The notes under the pieces: generated by a model
Told to the model about the DNA's origin: nothing
The model's input: the letters and a program-made list of their open reading frames with translations, nothing else
The model's database searches: none
Assembly (NCBI GenBank): GCA_038496445.1
Contig: JALMLS010000461.1
Span: 1-64,000 of the forward strand
Direction of reading: 5' to 3'
DNA from: Trichosphaerium sp. ATCC 40318
Lineage: Eukaryota > Protista > Tubulinea
DNA length: 64,000 nt
Shown: in pieces, positions 12,919 through 26,710 of the stretch
How the letters are laid out: every line of letters begins with the position of its first letter
Numbering within the stretch: the stretch's first letter is position 1
Program-made: the position numbers and the translations under genes

Positions 12919-14849
12919 TTAGTCTTCCAAGATAACTGGAGCATCACGTGTAGAATCTATTGGTTCACCGTTGATTGCTATAGTATCACTATTATTATTT
13001 ACGTCATTATCCGCATTAAAACTTGTATCACCACCATCAGCACTTGTTTTCTTGCCAAACATTTTTTTGAGTTTAAGCCATAGTGCTACTTCTTTTTTCT
13101 TTGAAGTTACATTAACAATCAAGAACCCTGAAATAACTAACACAGACCCCTATATCAGCATTAGAGATAGTCTTACAATGTACGTTAAAAAGAATTACCA
13201 GAACGTATATCCAAGAGTATGCCTTGCCTTTCCAGAAATGCTCTGTTAAAAGAGCAAGTGGAACCGAACAAGAAAGGCCGAATGTTGCAATCAGTGGTGA
13301 TGTCAGTAGAATGGCCAGTGACCATAAAAGATCTGATATAACTGTACCAATAAACCCATTCAGGAGTAAATATCTAAAGACAGCAGGCTTTGGCCATTCA
13401 AACTTGAACAAAGTTAAAAATCTAATAAAACGATTGCAAAAAAAAAGTAATTACTTACAGTTTCACCATACGGTTCTGGTATGTAGTTTAGTATGATCAA
13501 TAAAGGCCATAGTAATAATGCTATCCAAGCACCAACATATCCTATAGAGTATGTTAACATTCAAGCTAAGTGAACAAAAGAGATAGGTACCAAAGAAAAG
13601 TGGCATGTTCGCTTTTTTCTCATTTTTGATTTTCTTCTTCAGAAAAACAGTGTAAGCGCCATAACAAAGAGCAGAGAATAGCCCAAGTAAATCTCCAACA
13701 AGAGTAGAGGTTGATATCTTAGTATCCTTATAACTTACAATAGCAACTCCAGAAACACTGCAAAGATATTAACATAAAAATAAAAAAAATAAAAATCCAA
13801 GTTGGGTCACAACAAGCGTTACGCACGTTATGAAAACAGCTAGTAGTTTTCCTACAGAAAACTCTTCTATCTTAAAAAATGAACCTATCACATGATAAGA
13901 ACATAAAAGTCGTACCAAACGGTGAAACAATCAGAAAAAATTGAGAAGAGTTCGTACCAATGATTAGCGTGAAGAAACTTGCTGTGTTCGATATTATGAT
14001 ATTAGAGCCAACTGACGTATGCAATAATGATATATTATATGATACATTAGCTAAGAACCAAATAGGCGTGAATTGAAGAGCTATTTTGACTAGTTGCTAT
14101 AAAACACAGTTAACATTAAATAAATAATGTACAGACATTACGTAAGAAGTAAATGGTGTTTCGTCATCTTCAACTTTGATATCACTCCCACTGAGGCTGT
14201 CACTCTCTGTGCTGGTATCTTCACTTGATATTCTTTCATCATTGATAGGCGTATCAACACTCTCGTAATCTATAGAGGGACAATAAGCGTAACTCCAAAA
14301 AAATGAGAAAAAAAACAACTTTTTGTTTCAACAAAATCTTCGTGTCGTTTTCGCGATTTTACAAGTTGTAACGTGAGTAAAAAGTTGATCATTGACGATG
14401 TAGTGCAAACCTCGTTAATATTTAGCTCTGACATTTTTTCTTTGACATTTGGAGTAAAAAATGCTTGTAGAGTGATACTACGCGCGTTTGGTGCTCTCTG
14501 AGCGTTAAAAAGTTCCATACCTTGTTTTGAGCATAGTTTACGTATTTTTTGAATAAGTGGCGCTATAACGTATCGCCAAAGGGGTACAAGGACCAAGAAA
14601 ACGGAAAAAAGGCTAATTAAAATTAGGTTGATTTAAAACAATTAAAAGTACCTTGATTGGAATAGATACGTAAGCATAAATGGTTTAGGAAATGATTGCT
14701 CCGCGAAAATGAACTTGATGAGGAATCCTGAACCAACCTTTCAAAATGTCACGCAAAGGAATAATTACGTATAGACATACCCATATAAGCACAACAGTGG
14801 CCAAAGTGAGTAAACCTAGAACCCATCGGGAAACTAACTTTAAACCCAT
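12919..14849 (-). CDS. SLC35F5/THI74-like EamA (DMT) transporter
   Basis: RWVLGLLTLATVVLIW, PIWFLAN, GDLLGLFSALCYGAYTVFLKK, NGFIGTVISDLLWSLAILLTSPLIATFGLSCSVPLA. Confidence 0.88.
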
Positions 14850-15104
14850 TATTACACGACACCGGTAGTGAGATCGTACAACCTGCGGTGCTAAAACCAC
14901 CGCAAGAAAGAAAGAAAGTCGCATTTAGTAAAAGACTTCTGCAAAGTTGTTCCCTTCCTGCTCGTGATTTCACGTCACTGAACATACCTTGCCAACTGCG
15001 TCAGTAGCACGTTATCGCACTACTATACTTCATTCTCAAACTGGTAAAGCCCATAAACAGATACATGAGGTTTATTACAGAAATACAATTTTAGTTTTTG
15101 TTGA

Positions 15105-15911
15105 CTAAGATGAGTCTGAGCCAGATTCAGAATCTGAGTCATCACCACCTCCCTTTTTGGCCTTAGGAGCTTCAGCATTCTCAACAACTTGTTGATATCC
15201 TGCTTGTAATTGTGGATCATCGAACTTCTGAAGGGATGCACCAGTAAAGCTAAAATTTGACTTTCCAGCTAGTTTGGTATACTTCCTTAACATTTTCGCA
15301 AACGGTACAATGTTTTTGCGACCTACAGAGAAGCACAGTACGACTTTACTTATTCCTTTATCACGAGGAACCAATCGAACCTAAAGAGCACGTGTTAGGT
15401 AAAAGTACTTGACATGATTTCTTTAAAAGTTGTGTACCATGTCTCTTTGTGTTGGACCTGATGCTTTCTTTTGACCCATAACGTACTTGGTATCACCATT
15501 GAGAATGAGAGTGATACAATGACTTGGATAACCAATTGGTCCTTCAACAAATAAGCATATAGTTTGCAAACAAACTACGTTTTATAGTGCAACAACATAC
15601 CTCTCTGGCCTCTATAGATAATCAAGTAGACTGTTTCTGGACGCCCATTTTTTTTATTCTCAATAAGAAGATGCATGTAGCTCTGTTTGTAGTTCGCTTG
15701 AACGAGTGACATTCCAACTTTGTATTTGAACTGATGAAATTGCCAATAACCAAGTGCTTGATACTCCGTTTTTCCTTTGATAGCTTTTGATAGCCTTTCA
15801 ATTGTTGGTACAACCTCGTGGATTGTTTGATAATTATAGAATAGATCTTTACCAATCTGTCACGTGGGTTAGTACTTCGACAAAAGCTGTACGACGCACT
15901 TGAGTACTCAT
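15105..15911 (-). CDS. Uncharacterised ~220-aa protein, paralog A (4 exons, acidic Ser tail)
   Basis: Clean spliced ORF MSTQ|IGKDLFYNYQ...KKGGGDDSDSESGSDSS; close paralog at 51420-52287. Confidence 0.85.
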
Positions 15912-16188
15912 TTTGATTAGTTTATTATAGTTGCTTGTATTGGTGTTTACTGTGTTGAAGTTTAAGTATATGACTAAAGGTGTTGTGGGTCACGGCAACA
16001 TTTCTTCACATGAATTTTGAGAACAGAGACAAAGTTCAACAGTTCCGTGAAAGTGTTTTACACTGGATTTCACGTGACGAATAATTGCTGTGACGCCCAC
16101 TCACGTGCTCTAAAATGTTAGAGCGCCTTTTCTTGCATTCTTTCGAACAATAACACCACAAGCTATCGCAAGCGCATTAAGGCAACTT

Positions 16189-18727
16189 ATGAGCGATTTA
16201 TCGGCGACGTGTGGTGGTTTTACGCCATCTTATGCAATGCAAACTTGTTTTTAAGAGCCTACGCTGATAGGGTGCAAGGAACCATAAGCGAGTCCATTAC
16301 GAGACTGTTTATAAACGTTTTCAAGTGTATAGAGCCACCAAACCTCTATAGTTCTTGTTAGTAGTAAGAAACCAATCGCGCATACTCTTTTGATGCTTGA
16401 CATCATTTTTGACTACAAGTAAGTAATTATTTACATTGTGGGGTAATGCGACAGTATTGAATATCAGAGAACGCCTACACTTAGTATTGATCTGTCGCTC
16501 AGAACAAGTTGTAAGCGGTAATTAACGATAATAAATTCGGAGAGGTAAGAATGGATAGAGTGCCAACAAGATCATCATCAAAACCGTCAACGCTATCATC
16601 TCCTAAAGTGCAGCGCTCTCATAGTGGCAAACGAAAGCCACAAAATGCCACCGCTTTGTCTAATGCCTTACATTCAACCAGAAGGCATAAGTCATATCAT
16701 ATAGGCGAGTTACAGACCTAAGAGAAGTAAACATGCTAATATTATAATATAGGCGAGTCACCGTTAGCAAAACAGCGTGTACTACACTAAAATAAGTGAT
16801 TTACAACCTAACGATTAAAAATAATAGGGCGCTTCTAAAACGGTGTATAAAAATGACAACATTGATGCTCTGTATCAACATATGATGTTTATGGACGCCT
16901 ATGGGTTGGAAGTAGCTCGTAGACGTAGAGAACAAGTACGTTTCGTTTAACACCCAATTTAGATTCAAACCAAATGTCGCCATGTTGCGGCATGGAATTG
17001 TAGTTTTTGTTTGCAGGAGACCGCTATGGTTACGTTTTTGGACTATCGTTAACTTTTTGTTGCAGGAAGTAGCGAGACTCGCTGGCAGGACACATTTGGA
17101 TGAAGCAGTCAATTGCGTACACGCGTACGCTTTTTTGGTGGATTTTAAATATTTCACAGCAAAAACGGAAAAATACAGAAAACCAAAAACCAAGCGTATG
17201 CCGCGCGCAAAAATAGTGAAGAACTGATTTTTAGTCGTTTCCCGAAAAAATTAAAACAGTTTTTATTTGGCGGCCTCACAATGTTTCGTTTCGCTCACAT
17301 ATTATGTAGTGGATTTCCTGGTACAATTTGGGCGGGTTTGAGAGGTATGTAGAATTTATTTAATTGTGACTTTGTTTCCCGCTAAAGCCCTTGTAGATGG
17401 ATCAATACAGGTTGTGCCTATACCAGACCAATCGGTACTTATTTAAACACTTAAGACAAAGTCCTCCTGGGCTTAGAATACTGGATTTTTTGCTTTTTTT
17501 AATTTGGCGTATTTATGCTGTTGTAGCATTCCCCAGACGGCCCTGATATGCCTATTATTAAAACTCTGAAAGGACATGATAAACGTGTCTATGCTATGCT
17601 TCATATAAAAGATACAATTTGGACTGGTGCCGAGGACTCTAAAATATTATTGTGGAATACTGTATGTTGTTTTGAAAACACATTTTTCGCGGTTAACTTT
17701 AAGATAGAAGCTTGAAGTGTATCAAACAATAACAGAGCATAAAGGTACTTATCGTCTATGTCATGTGATGTGTAGTTAAGTATGTATTTAGGCCTTATAA
17801 AGGCGATTATAAATGCATCTACAAAAGAATCAAGGCTGAGGGTTTTATCTGGTGATACTTCAGGATGTTTATGTATATGGGAACCTGAGAAAAAGCCTTC
17901 TGCTGATGGCACAACATTTGCTTGTGTTGGTAAAGTTCAGATTATTGATCCTATTTGTAGTTTAGCTATTGACACTAGTACGTTGAAGAGGACTTTTGAT
18001 CTGTTTTATTTCGTTGCTGACATGTGTAAAAAATAGAATCAAAAAAGAATAAGAATCTTGCTTGGGTTGGTACTTATATAAGCATATACTTGATAGACAT
18101 CAAAGACAAGAAGGTTTATGCAAGTTTTAAAGGCCATTCAGGTATGAGGTTTGAGCGCTGTGGCTTAAGTACTGATTTCTTTTTTTCAAAGCTATGGTAC
18201 GCGGTATAGTCTTTATTAATGAGACGGAAGTATGGAGCAGTAGCTCTGATCAAATTGCAGTGTGGAATCCAGTACGTTCTCTTGGTCATCTAAAACTATT
18301 TTATTCATTTACAGCGATTGTTGTGGATGTTAACATTGTTTTTTTTGTAGAAGAAGATTAAGAAAGGTCTCGATAAAGAGATTGAGCCGATTACTCGGTT
18401 AACACAGCATGAAGGTGCTGTTACATGTCTAGAACTAGTTAAAGTTGGTAATTATGAGCACGTATGGAGTGGTTCTTTTGATACATCAGTGCGACTTTGG
18501 TCTGCGAAGGTACTTTTTTTTCTTTTTTTTTTCTCAGTTGGAGGCGTATTTCTGAATTTCTCTAGGATCGTACGGCGTTTGACAAGTTAGATGCCCATCA
18601 AGATATGCTTATGGGACTTCACTTTGTGAAGGATAAGTCTGGCACTTTTGTTGTGAGTGCTTCTAGAGATAAGAAGCTGAATTATTGGCGATACCGTAAT
18701 ATTACAGTTAGTGATAACGAAAAGTGA
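16189..18727 (+). CDS. WD40-repeat protein (5' end uncertain)
   Basis: LKGHDKRVYAML..IWTGAEDSKILLW, HEGAVTCL..VWSGSFDTSVRLW, VVSASRDKKLNYW; TGA stop at 18725-18727. Confidence 0.8.
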
Positions 18728-18908
18728 ATTTTGTAAATCTTACTTGTACATAAAAAAACCTGAAGACCAATAAGCTGTTAAACTGACCTTGAGTCTTGTT
18801 AGACTGCTCTGCCCGCGAGTCCGTCGTAGATACTGAAGGAAATGCACTAGTGCTGCCTTAATTGAAATTGTATTTTCGTTTGAACACATTACATAGAAAG
18901 GGCGTTAT

Positions 18909-20063
18909 ATGAGTTACCCTACGCGTGATGATATTGAACATACAGAGGTAACTTCTTTTAGTAGAATGACAGGCTAATGTGTCAAAGCTGGAGCTCAAAG
19001 AAGCTCAAGAGGAGGCGTGGGTACTTGTTAATCAGGTAAACGAAAAAGTAGCCAAAATTTGGGAAAAGATGACTGTAGAGCACCGAGACGTTAAAAAACG
19101 CAAGGTACGTAGCACAGTAGCTATTGTATAATATCTGTTAACGAGTTGATCTCGTATCAGGCAAAACAACTGTTAACACGCGCCAAACATACATACGAGC
19201 AAATACAACGTTACCTGGACCAGTCAGAAAGTGTGATTGCTCTTAACACGTTACAGACTGAAAATAATCAACAAACAGGTACAGCACTTTTGCTATGAGC
19301 TAGAGGTTTCTATCGCACCAACACTTGATTAGCTGTTTAACTGCTTTTGTGAAGGTCTTGATATCGACGGATTTGAGCCAGATGATCCAGTACCTATTAA
19401 AACAGTACAGAGGTGGTGGCAGCGTTTATTACAAATAATAAGCGAGTTTTTTAAGGAGGTACATCAAGCGGTCACTTTTGTTTCTACAAAGTTGTGACTT
19501 ATTGCTTGATTCAAGGATGTTGCGCTTATGTTTGCTCCTGTTCGTCAATTTTTAACACAATTTGCGTCGTCACGTGATTCGATAGAGTCAAGGCTTATGG
19601 AAAAACAAGATGCTATTGTTGTAGAAGATGCGCTGGTGTCTTGTGAAAAGAGGTTGAAGCGACTGGAAGACACGATAAAAAGAAAAAATCCAAAACTGGC
19701 AAAAAGTGCAAAGTACGCTTGTATTTTTTGTGAGACACTACAGCTTATAATGCCATTAGAGAACGATTTGATAAGGAATGGGATAAGTTATCTAGACACA
19801 CAGATCATCCAGAAGTAGCAAAGTTTTGGTCAAAGGCAGCAATCACTTTGAGTCAATATGAAAGCGTTTTTTTAGCAAATGCAGAGAATTATGAACAAGA
19901 GAGAAGGGCACGCTTGGAAGCAGTTAAGGATAATGTGAGAAAAATGCAGATGGATGTAAGAAAAGCTAATGCTATTCTTGATGCAAGAATGGAAGCAGAG
20001 CTTGAGAAGCTTAAACATGAAGCAAATGAAGTAATCGAAAAAGTCGAGGACGCAAAAAAATGA
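18909..20063 (+). CDS. Coiled-coil protein of unknown function
   Basis: Multi-exon with E/K/Q-rich heptad-like exons; TGA at 20061-20063. Confidence 0.65.
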
Positions 20064-20276
20064 AAACTTGATTGAAGTCCTTGCTTTGTAAAAATAGCTG
20101 TACAAATAAAATTATACGTCGGAGACTAAAAGAAATTGCATCCAATGTTTACTAAGCGAAGAAAATAGCAAATGCACTTTAAGTTAGTGGCCGTTCGTTT
20201 TCAGTGAACTTTGCGACGAAATTAGGCTAACTTCTGTTTTTAACTTCTGTTCTACATAGCAATCTTGCGATTAGCC

Positions 20277-22848
20277 ATGCTAACAACACCTCTGATACAC
20301 TATATTCACACATTAAACGAGAATAATCTATGGAAGTTGAGTTCTAAAAATCGTTGGACAAGGAAAACTTTAAAAGATGCCAACGATGTACCAAACGATG
20401 ACGTACAGCATCTAGGCGTGGTTTTCAACAAACAACACTGCCAACGTTATGAAGCACAGTACTCTCGATTTACCTACAATAAAGAAGCACGGAGCATACC
20501 AGGGACGAAACTTCAAGCGCTCGAACGTTTTGTAAACCTCGTTTTTCTCGATTTGAGTCATATGTACCTCACAAGCGTAGAATGGGACTTATTAAAGGTA
20601 CGACCAATCTCAAACCTCCTGTCAGATGAATAATAATAATTTATCGCCAAATACCATTTTGAGTACAGTAACCGCGTATACAATGATACTAACAGCGTCA
20701 TAGCCGATGAAATCCCTCAAACGTTTGGATTTAAGCCAAAACAAGTTAACAGAGTTTGTACGTCATTCTAGTCGCTATCTCGCTTCTAAATACCTCAAAG
20801 GAAGGCGTATGTGCCTTAACATCGCTTCAAGTACTTTGTGTTAATTCGAATAACGTCAAAAAGTGTCCAACAAGCATTGACAAACTGTTTAACCTCGAAC
20901 GACTTGATTTACGTCAGAATGCTCTAAAAAGACTACCTTGTAAACTTGCTAGATGTAAGAACATAAACCAACTTACGTTATCAGATAATCCGTTAGAATT
21001 TCCTCCAAACAAGATCGTGCGCAGTGGTAAGTTAGGAGTTTTTCTCATTTTTTTCTAATATTCTTCTGTGAAACTTTGGCTCATCCTCTTACTAGGTACT
21101 TCTGCCGTTTTGGATTTTCTGTCTAGACACATAGCACGTGAGTTTTAATTATTGTTTATTCCCTTTGTTACACTAACATCCGACCTAAGCATCGGTTGTT
21201 ATTGATCCCTCAACGCTTTCAAAGGATGTTAAAGCTTTTCAAAGTATGGACAATGAAAATATGGTAACTTTGAAAGGAAGTGATAGCGACGAGCTTATTA
21301 AAACACAAAAGGTTATGTGAAAACTACAATCGTGTTTGCTAAATGAATTACTAGTATTACCTTGAGGCTGCGTGCCCGATGCTTTTGAAGAACATCATTG
21401 GTAACGAAATTATTCTTGATACATCGTGCGATGTATTAAGTCAATATATATCATTCTTGCATGGTTGTACGTGCACTTTTTAAGTTGTTTAGTAGCAGAA
21501 GCTAAAAGTAACACTTAGCTGATTTGAAGCTCTCAAAAGAAAACGCACATGAAAAGCTTCTCTTCTCAAAAGGTAAGCAAGAAAATCATTTGTTTGTTTT
21601 TGATTGTTATGTTAGAGTATCTACCTTTTGATGACGAATCTGAGTATCAAAATAAATATGAAGAAAGAGTGTACAATAGTAAGGTACTTACCGTCTTTGA
21701 TTTCATGATGTACATCCTAATTCAATTGTCAAGAAATTAATCAAAGAAACGCTTGAGAATATGCACAATATAAACTTGATCATGGAAGGTATGGTACCAT
21801 CGCCACCGCCTCTTCCCGGTCAACCAAATATGGCCGCAGATGATGCACCTCAACCTCCGCCAGCACCACCACACCCAGGCAATGCACCACCTCCACCACC
21901 GCCACCTCCACCTGGCGTAGCAGTACCTCCACCACCGCCTCCTCCACCTGGCATAGCAGGACCACCACCACCACCGCCACCACCTCCTATTCTTCCTCAT
22001 TTGAGAATTGGGCCTTTTATACCTCGACCAAAACCTTTTTGTTTAGTTCCACCACCTAAACGAACTGTGAATCAGTCTTCAAAACATATCATCGATGCTT
22101 TACCATTTGTTTATTGTGCAATGAAGAAATTGTTTATTTGTGACGATGGAAAAGATATTGTATTCACTTTTCCTGGAACAAATGATACACTAAGAGCACA
22201 TAAAGCTATCCTCATCATGAGGTGTGAGCACTATAAGATACTCTTTGATGGTCCGTTTAAGGACTCTGGCTCAGAAAGTAAGGACATCGAAATATCTTCT
22301 TATGTTAATATCTTGTTTAGTTGTTGTTCCTGATATTGCTTTTCCTATCTTCAAGATAATTTTAGAGTTTTTATACACAGACGAAGCAAAAATAGATCCT
22401 GATGATGCCGTTGAAGTTCTTCTTGCTGCGAACCAATTCAGACTTTTAAGGTTCGAATAACACTCAATTCCCATTTTTTTCTAACTTCGCATCAGACTCC
22501 AACAACTAGCTGAGGATGTGATTTCTGAATATATTGATGAAGACAACGCTGCAGGTACTACGAATAACAAGATTCAATAGTACTTCTTTATTAATATGTT
22601 GATATATAGGGTTATTTGAGTTGACAGATAGATTGTATATTACACAACTTCGAAAACATTGTCAGATATTTCTTTATAATAATCTTGAACTTGTAAAGTC
22701 TACTGTTGACTTGAAAGATTATTTACCTGAAGAATTGGAAAAAGAAGTAACTGGTCATGATGCTTCAGAGAATATAGAAAACGAGCGTAAAAAATCAATA
22801 TCAAACGTTAAGGAAAAGTTGCTTGCTATGATAGCCGTAAAACAATAA
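20277..22848 (+). CDS. LRR + BTB-like + poly-proline + BTB/POZ(-BACK) protein
   Basis: LxxLxLxxNxL repeats ending LSDNPLEFPP; PPPPPPPPG tracts; DIVFTF..LRAHKAILIMRCEHYKILFDGPFKDS..FKIILEFLYTD..VLLAANQFRL. Confidence 0.88.
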
Positions 22849-23052
22849 GTTTACAAACATAAACCCTCTGTACATTGTAAATAAAGTAGATAAGTTAGAG
22901 TAAACAAAAGAGTCTTCGTGAAGCAGTTGAAAGAATGATAGTAATTGAGCTATTTGTAGAAAAGAAAGTGTTGCCATGAATGGCATGCTTTCTGAAAGAG
23001 AAATTGAGCAGTTTGGGTACTATCCTTTATTGTGTCAATGCGTCTGTCTAGG

Positions 23053-24133
23053 TCAACATGGTTTACTAATTAAGACAATACAACAATGCCAGAAAACCAT
23101 AAAACAAATAGAATTCAAGCTATTCGAAGAAGATGTTGTAGTTGTAGCTACAGGTGTACTTGGTGGTTGTGTTGGTGCCTGTGTCACAACAACTTGAGTG
23201 GTTGGTGTGGCTATGGTTGGTTGTACTGTTGTTAGTGATATTGGAAACGTTGGAACAGAAGTTGGTGGCAGTGTAGTTGGAAGTAGCGTTGGAGGTTGCG
23301 TTGTTGGTTGAGCTGTAGGAGATTGTGTTGTTGGTGGAGTAGTTGGAGTCTGTGTCATCGGAGGTTGCGTTGTTGGAGGTAGAGGTGTTGGAGACAGTGT
23401 AGGAGGTAATGTTTTTGGAGGTAGTTGTTGGTGGAAGTGTTGTTGGAGGTAGCGTTGTTGGAATTGGTATCATGAAAAATGCAAAGTGTATTTTTACGCT
23501 ACCAGATTGTGGTGGAACTACGAAACTAAAATACCAAAATGTTAGTATAAAGTAAAAGCAATTGGCACTTGAACATACGTGAATGATGTTGAATTGAATG
23601 CGAAATTAGTTATAGGGTTTGAAAAAGCTTGAGAAAATATTGAAAATCCTTGAAGTACAGTTAGAAGGAAGTACAGTTAGAAGTTACACTTTGGTAACTT
23701 GTTTTGCTTGTATACCTCCTATAACTGGTTAGTCCATCAAACACTCTACTGTGAACTCAGGTGTCTGGTCAGTTGTGAAGGTAGCAAAGCTGTGTACCAG
23801 CGAACTACTGGAGAAATCAAATGTGTGTCGCCACTGAGCAAAAGTAGCAGAATACTCTATTACAGCTGTTGTAGAATTAACAATGAAGTTGGGATTGTTT
23901 GGTTCATTAGAATTAGGTCCTAAAATATCTGGGCCAGATGCAATTCTTATTGTACATATTCCTGAATCGCCTTCACCTACATGGAGAAGTTAATGAAAAG
24001 TTACCAAAACACAGTGTTGCTACTCTTCTTTTTTTCAAGTGCCAAAATACAGCTTCTCTATCTATGGCAAGTACGTACTTAAAGAAAGCGCCAAGGTGAA
24101 TAGAGTACATAAACATAGAAGTGCTTTAATCAT
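23053..24133 (-). pseudogene. Third, divergent mucin-like surface protein copy with in-frame stop and frameshift
   Basis: Same signal exon as the other copies. TAA at 23729-23731 where the paralogs have CAA; frame change near 23420. Confidence 0.75.
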
Positions 24134-24323
24134 TGTGTGAAAATAATAACAATAGATAGCTTAACCCGTGATACTTGACAAAAATAGCAATAGGGATATT
24201 GTGTTTTGTTTTGTGTTTTTTCTGCGTTAAAATAATGGAATTAATTGATCATCGCTAATATGGTTCTCTGATTTTGTGACGTCGTTTTCGTTTAGGCGAA
24301 TGCCAAAATTCGTATTAACTTAA

Positions 24324-24687
24324 GGGCCAGCACAGTTTTTGCACAAAGCTTACAATTTGTCAAAATTGTAGAAATTGCAGAAATTGTAGAAATTCGCAAA
24401 ATGGCAATTTGCTACTTTTACTGCATTTTATGGAATCTTTACAATGCTATTTCTCATCACTGCAATCATTGTTGTACTTTTGATTGTGCCTCATAGTACA
24501 CAATATACTATAGAGTACTGTGAAGTAGTGAGAAATTATTTCGTTAATTCAGTGGTGAGAAAAGGTATTGCCAATGCTGCCAATTTATTTTCTAATTTGT
24601 AATTTTAGGTATTTTCGCAATTTCTAATTTTAGGCAATTCGGCAAATTGCACAAATTGTACAAATTACACAAAAACTGTGCTGCCCC
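24324..24687. mobile_element. PIF/Harbinger (Tourist)-type MITE
   Basis: TIR ggg(c/g)cagcacagtttttg (18 bp, 1 mismatch), TAA on both flanks, subterminal aaattg(t/c)a repeats, no ORF. Confidence 0.85.
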
Positions 24688-26080
24688 TAACGTTCCCGAG
24701 TTATTGGACTTTTGTGCTTCTCAAAACCGCTTCTTATTTAGCTACACAATACCGTGGTTATTTTTTACTTTTACATTTCATTTATTTTATTCCCAAGTTT
24801 TGTACTTCTAGACTACTAAACGAGACAACTGTGAGGAATTTAGTAACATGGCAGTAGCTAACGTTGCTATGACCAACTGGAGGCAATTCGCGAAATAGAA
24901 GTGGCGTTCGAATTTTGTGTTCGAGAGCGACCGCCTACCGGCTTTGATTAAAACTAACAGGCTTTCTACTCGCTTGCATCTTGTTGAGCCATTTAGAGTT
25001 TCGATGTTCATTTTTTTTTACAGTTTTCACAAGGTCTAGAGCTAGATTACGTATGCGTTCCACACACGCTTATCTCTACAAGTATAAAAAGCTCCTTTTA
25101 GGTGGGAGCAGAAGTTATATACATTGTACAGCAGTTGAAAACGGTTTGCTCTCTAAAATCGAACAACAATACTCTGTACACCGTTAATTACGCGTAGAGG
25201 GAGTGTGGGTGTGCACAAAACGCCGTTTAAAACAAAAAGGGCCCCTTTTGCTTAAAACTCTACAGCTGGCGCTCTAATTGTTATAGTAGTACTCTATGTG
25301 CATAGTAGTAGTGCATAAAGTATAGACTCGTTCTCGTGAAACCGGTCATTGTTTCGGTAAGAAGCTTTCAGTAAAACTATGTTCCCGCTAAATTATGTCT
25401 CCAAATAATCGTGCGACTTTTCACAAGCGCTTACAGACATACAAGATGAAATGATTTGATCACAAAAAACACCAAAAATCATGAAATTTCAGAATATACT
25501 TATGCTTTATTGAAGTGGTCCCTCAATGCCGTTACGTGTCCTAACCAGAGTAGCCGTATTAGAGTACTGTGCTAAGTTAGGCACATTTTGACTTCTATAA
25601 TAGACTGTTATTAAGAGTGCACTAATATTTGACACTGGACATTAGGTGTCACGAGCGTGATATTAAACTGTTGCCAAAAATAGACAAATCTCCAAAGTTT
25701 GGCGCTACCCGAAAAACCAAGAAAGTTCAAAAGTGCAAGTTGTTGTATAGTTGGTGAATGGACTTACAGGATGGAATTATTGCAACAATAGTTAGTGTAT
25801 TTATAACTTTTAAGTGTTTTACAAACAAATTAATTTAAAGCCGTTGCTATTTTTGTCAATTGTAACTAACTAAGCTATCTATTATTATCATTTTCTCACA
25901 ATGATTAAAGCACTTCTATGTTTATGTACTCTATTCACCTTGGCGCTTTCTCTAAGTATGTACTTGCCATAGATAGAGAAGCTGTATTTTGGCACACTTG
26001 AAAAAAAAGAAGAGTAGCAACACTGTGTTTTGGTAACTTTTCATTAACTTCTCCATGTAGGTGAAGGCGATTCAGGAATA

Positions 26081-26710
26081 GGGACGATTTTTGTAAGCAG
26101 TTCACACTTTCAAAAAAATTCTAGGACACCTCAAAAACGTTATTTATGTCCAATTTTTGAGTATACTTCAGAACACATATGTGTTTATAATATATATTAA
26201 CGAGAACTTGCTGGTAATTAATAGTGTGCTTCAATCAACTATTTCATTGAAACTAAAACTGAGTTATTTCTGCTTGGGATCATATTCTTATCCTCTAACA
26301 CCACCATGTTTTGCAGGTAACTCTTTTACATCATGATGAGTAAGGATTACATTCTTTCGTTTAATCCATTTTTTATCACTTTCAGTGTCCCACATAAAGC
26401 TATCGTCACCTGTCTCTAGACCGGATTGTTGTCAATTGGTCGTTCTTTTGAACAATCATTCTAATCCACAAAAACCTTTTTCAAATCTTTCCTTTTGGCG
26501 GCAGGTGCTCAATAAATCATGGTGTACGTATGCACAGTTATAGCGTATTTGATAATTTTGGTATCAAAATACAGAGGTTTCTTTTTCAAAGAAGTTGATG
26601 AACATAATATTTACATGAAAATGTCAAAAAACTCACTCTTGCTTGGGTACTTTATTGCATCAGAAGCCACAAAGGTTGATGTAGTGTGAACTGCATACAA
26701 AAATCGTCCC
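26081..26710. mobile_element. 630-bp non-autonomous DNA transposon (MITE) with TA target duplication
   Basis: 27-bp TIR gggacgatttttgta(a/t)gcagttcacac with TA on both sides. The empty site ggaaTAtgtac is seen in paralogs at ~7806 and ~23957. Confidence 0.95.

Noticed and set aside
23729-23731. In-frame TAA aligned to Gln (CAA), hinting at a ciliate-type genetic code
   Set aside because: TAA/TAG end many clear genes just before AATAAA (e.g. 31083-31099, 45897-45903), and this copy also has a frameshift. It is a nonsense mutation.
26081-26710. MITE acting as a clean intron (introner) restoring the mucin-like ORF
   Set aside because: With the GTAAG donor at 26093, the nearest AG acceptors leave 40, 50, 58 or 61 extra nt, none in frame.
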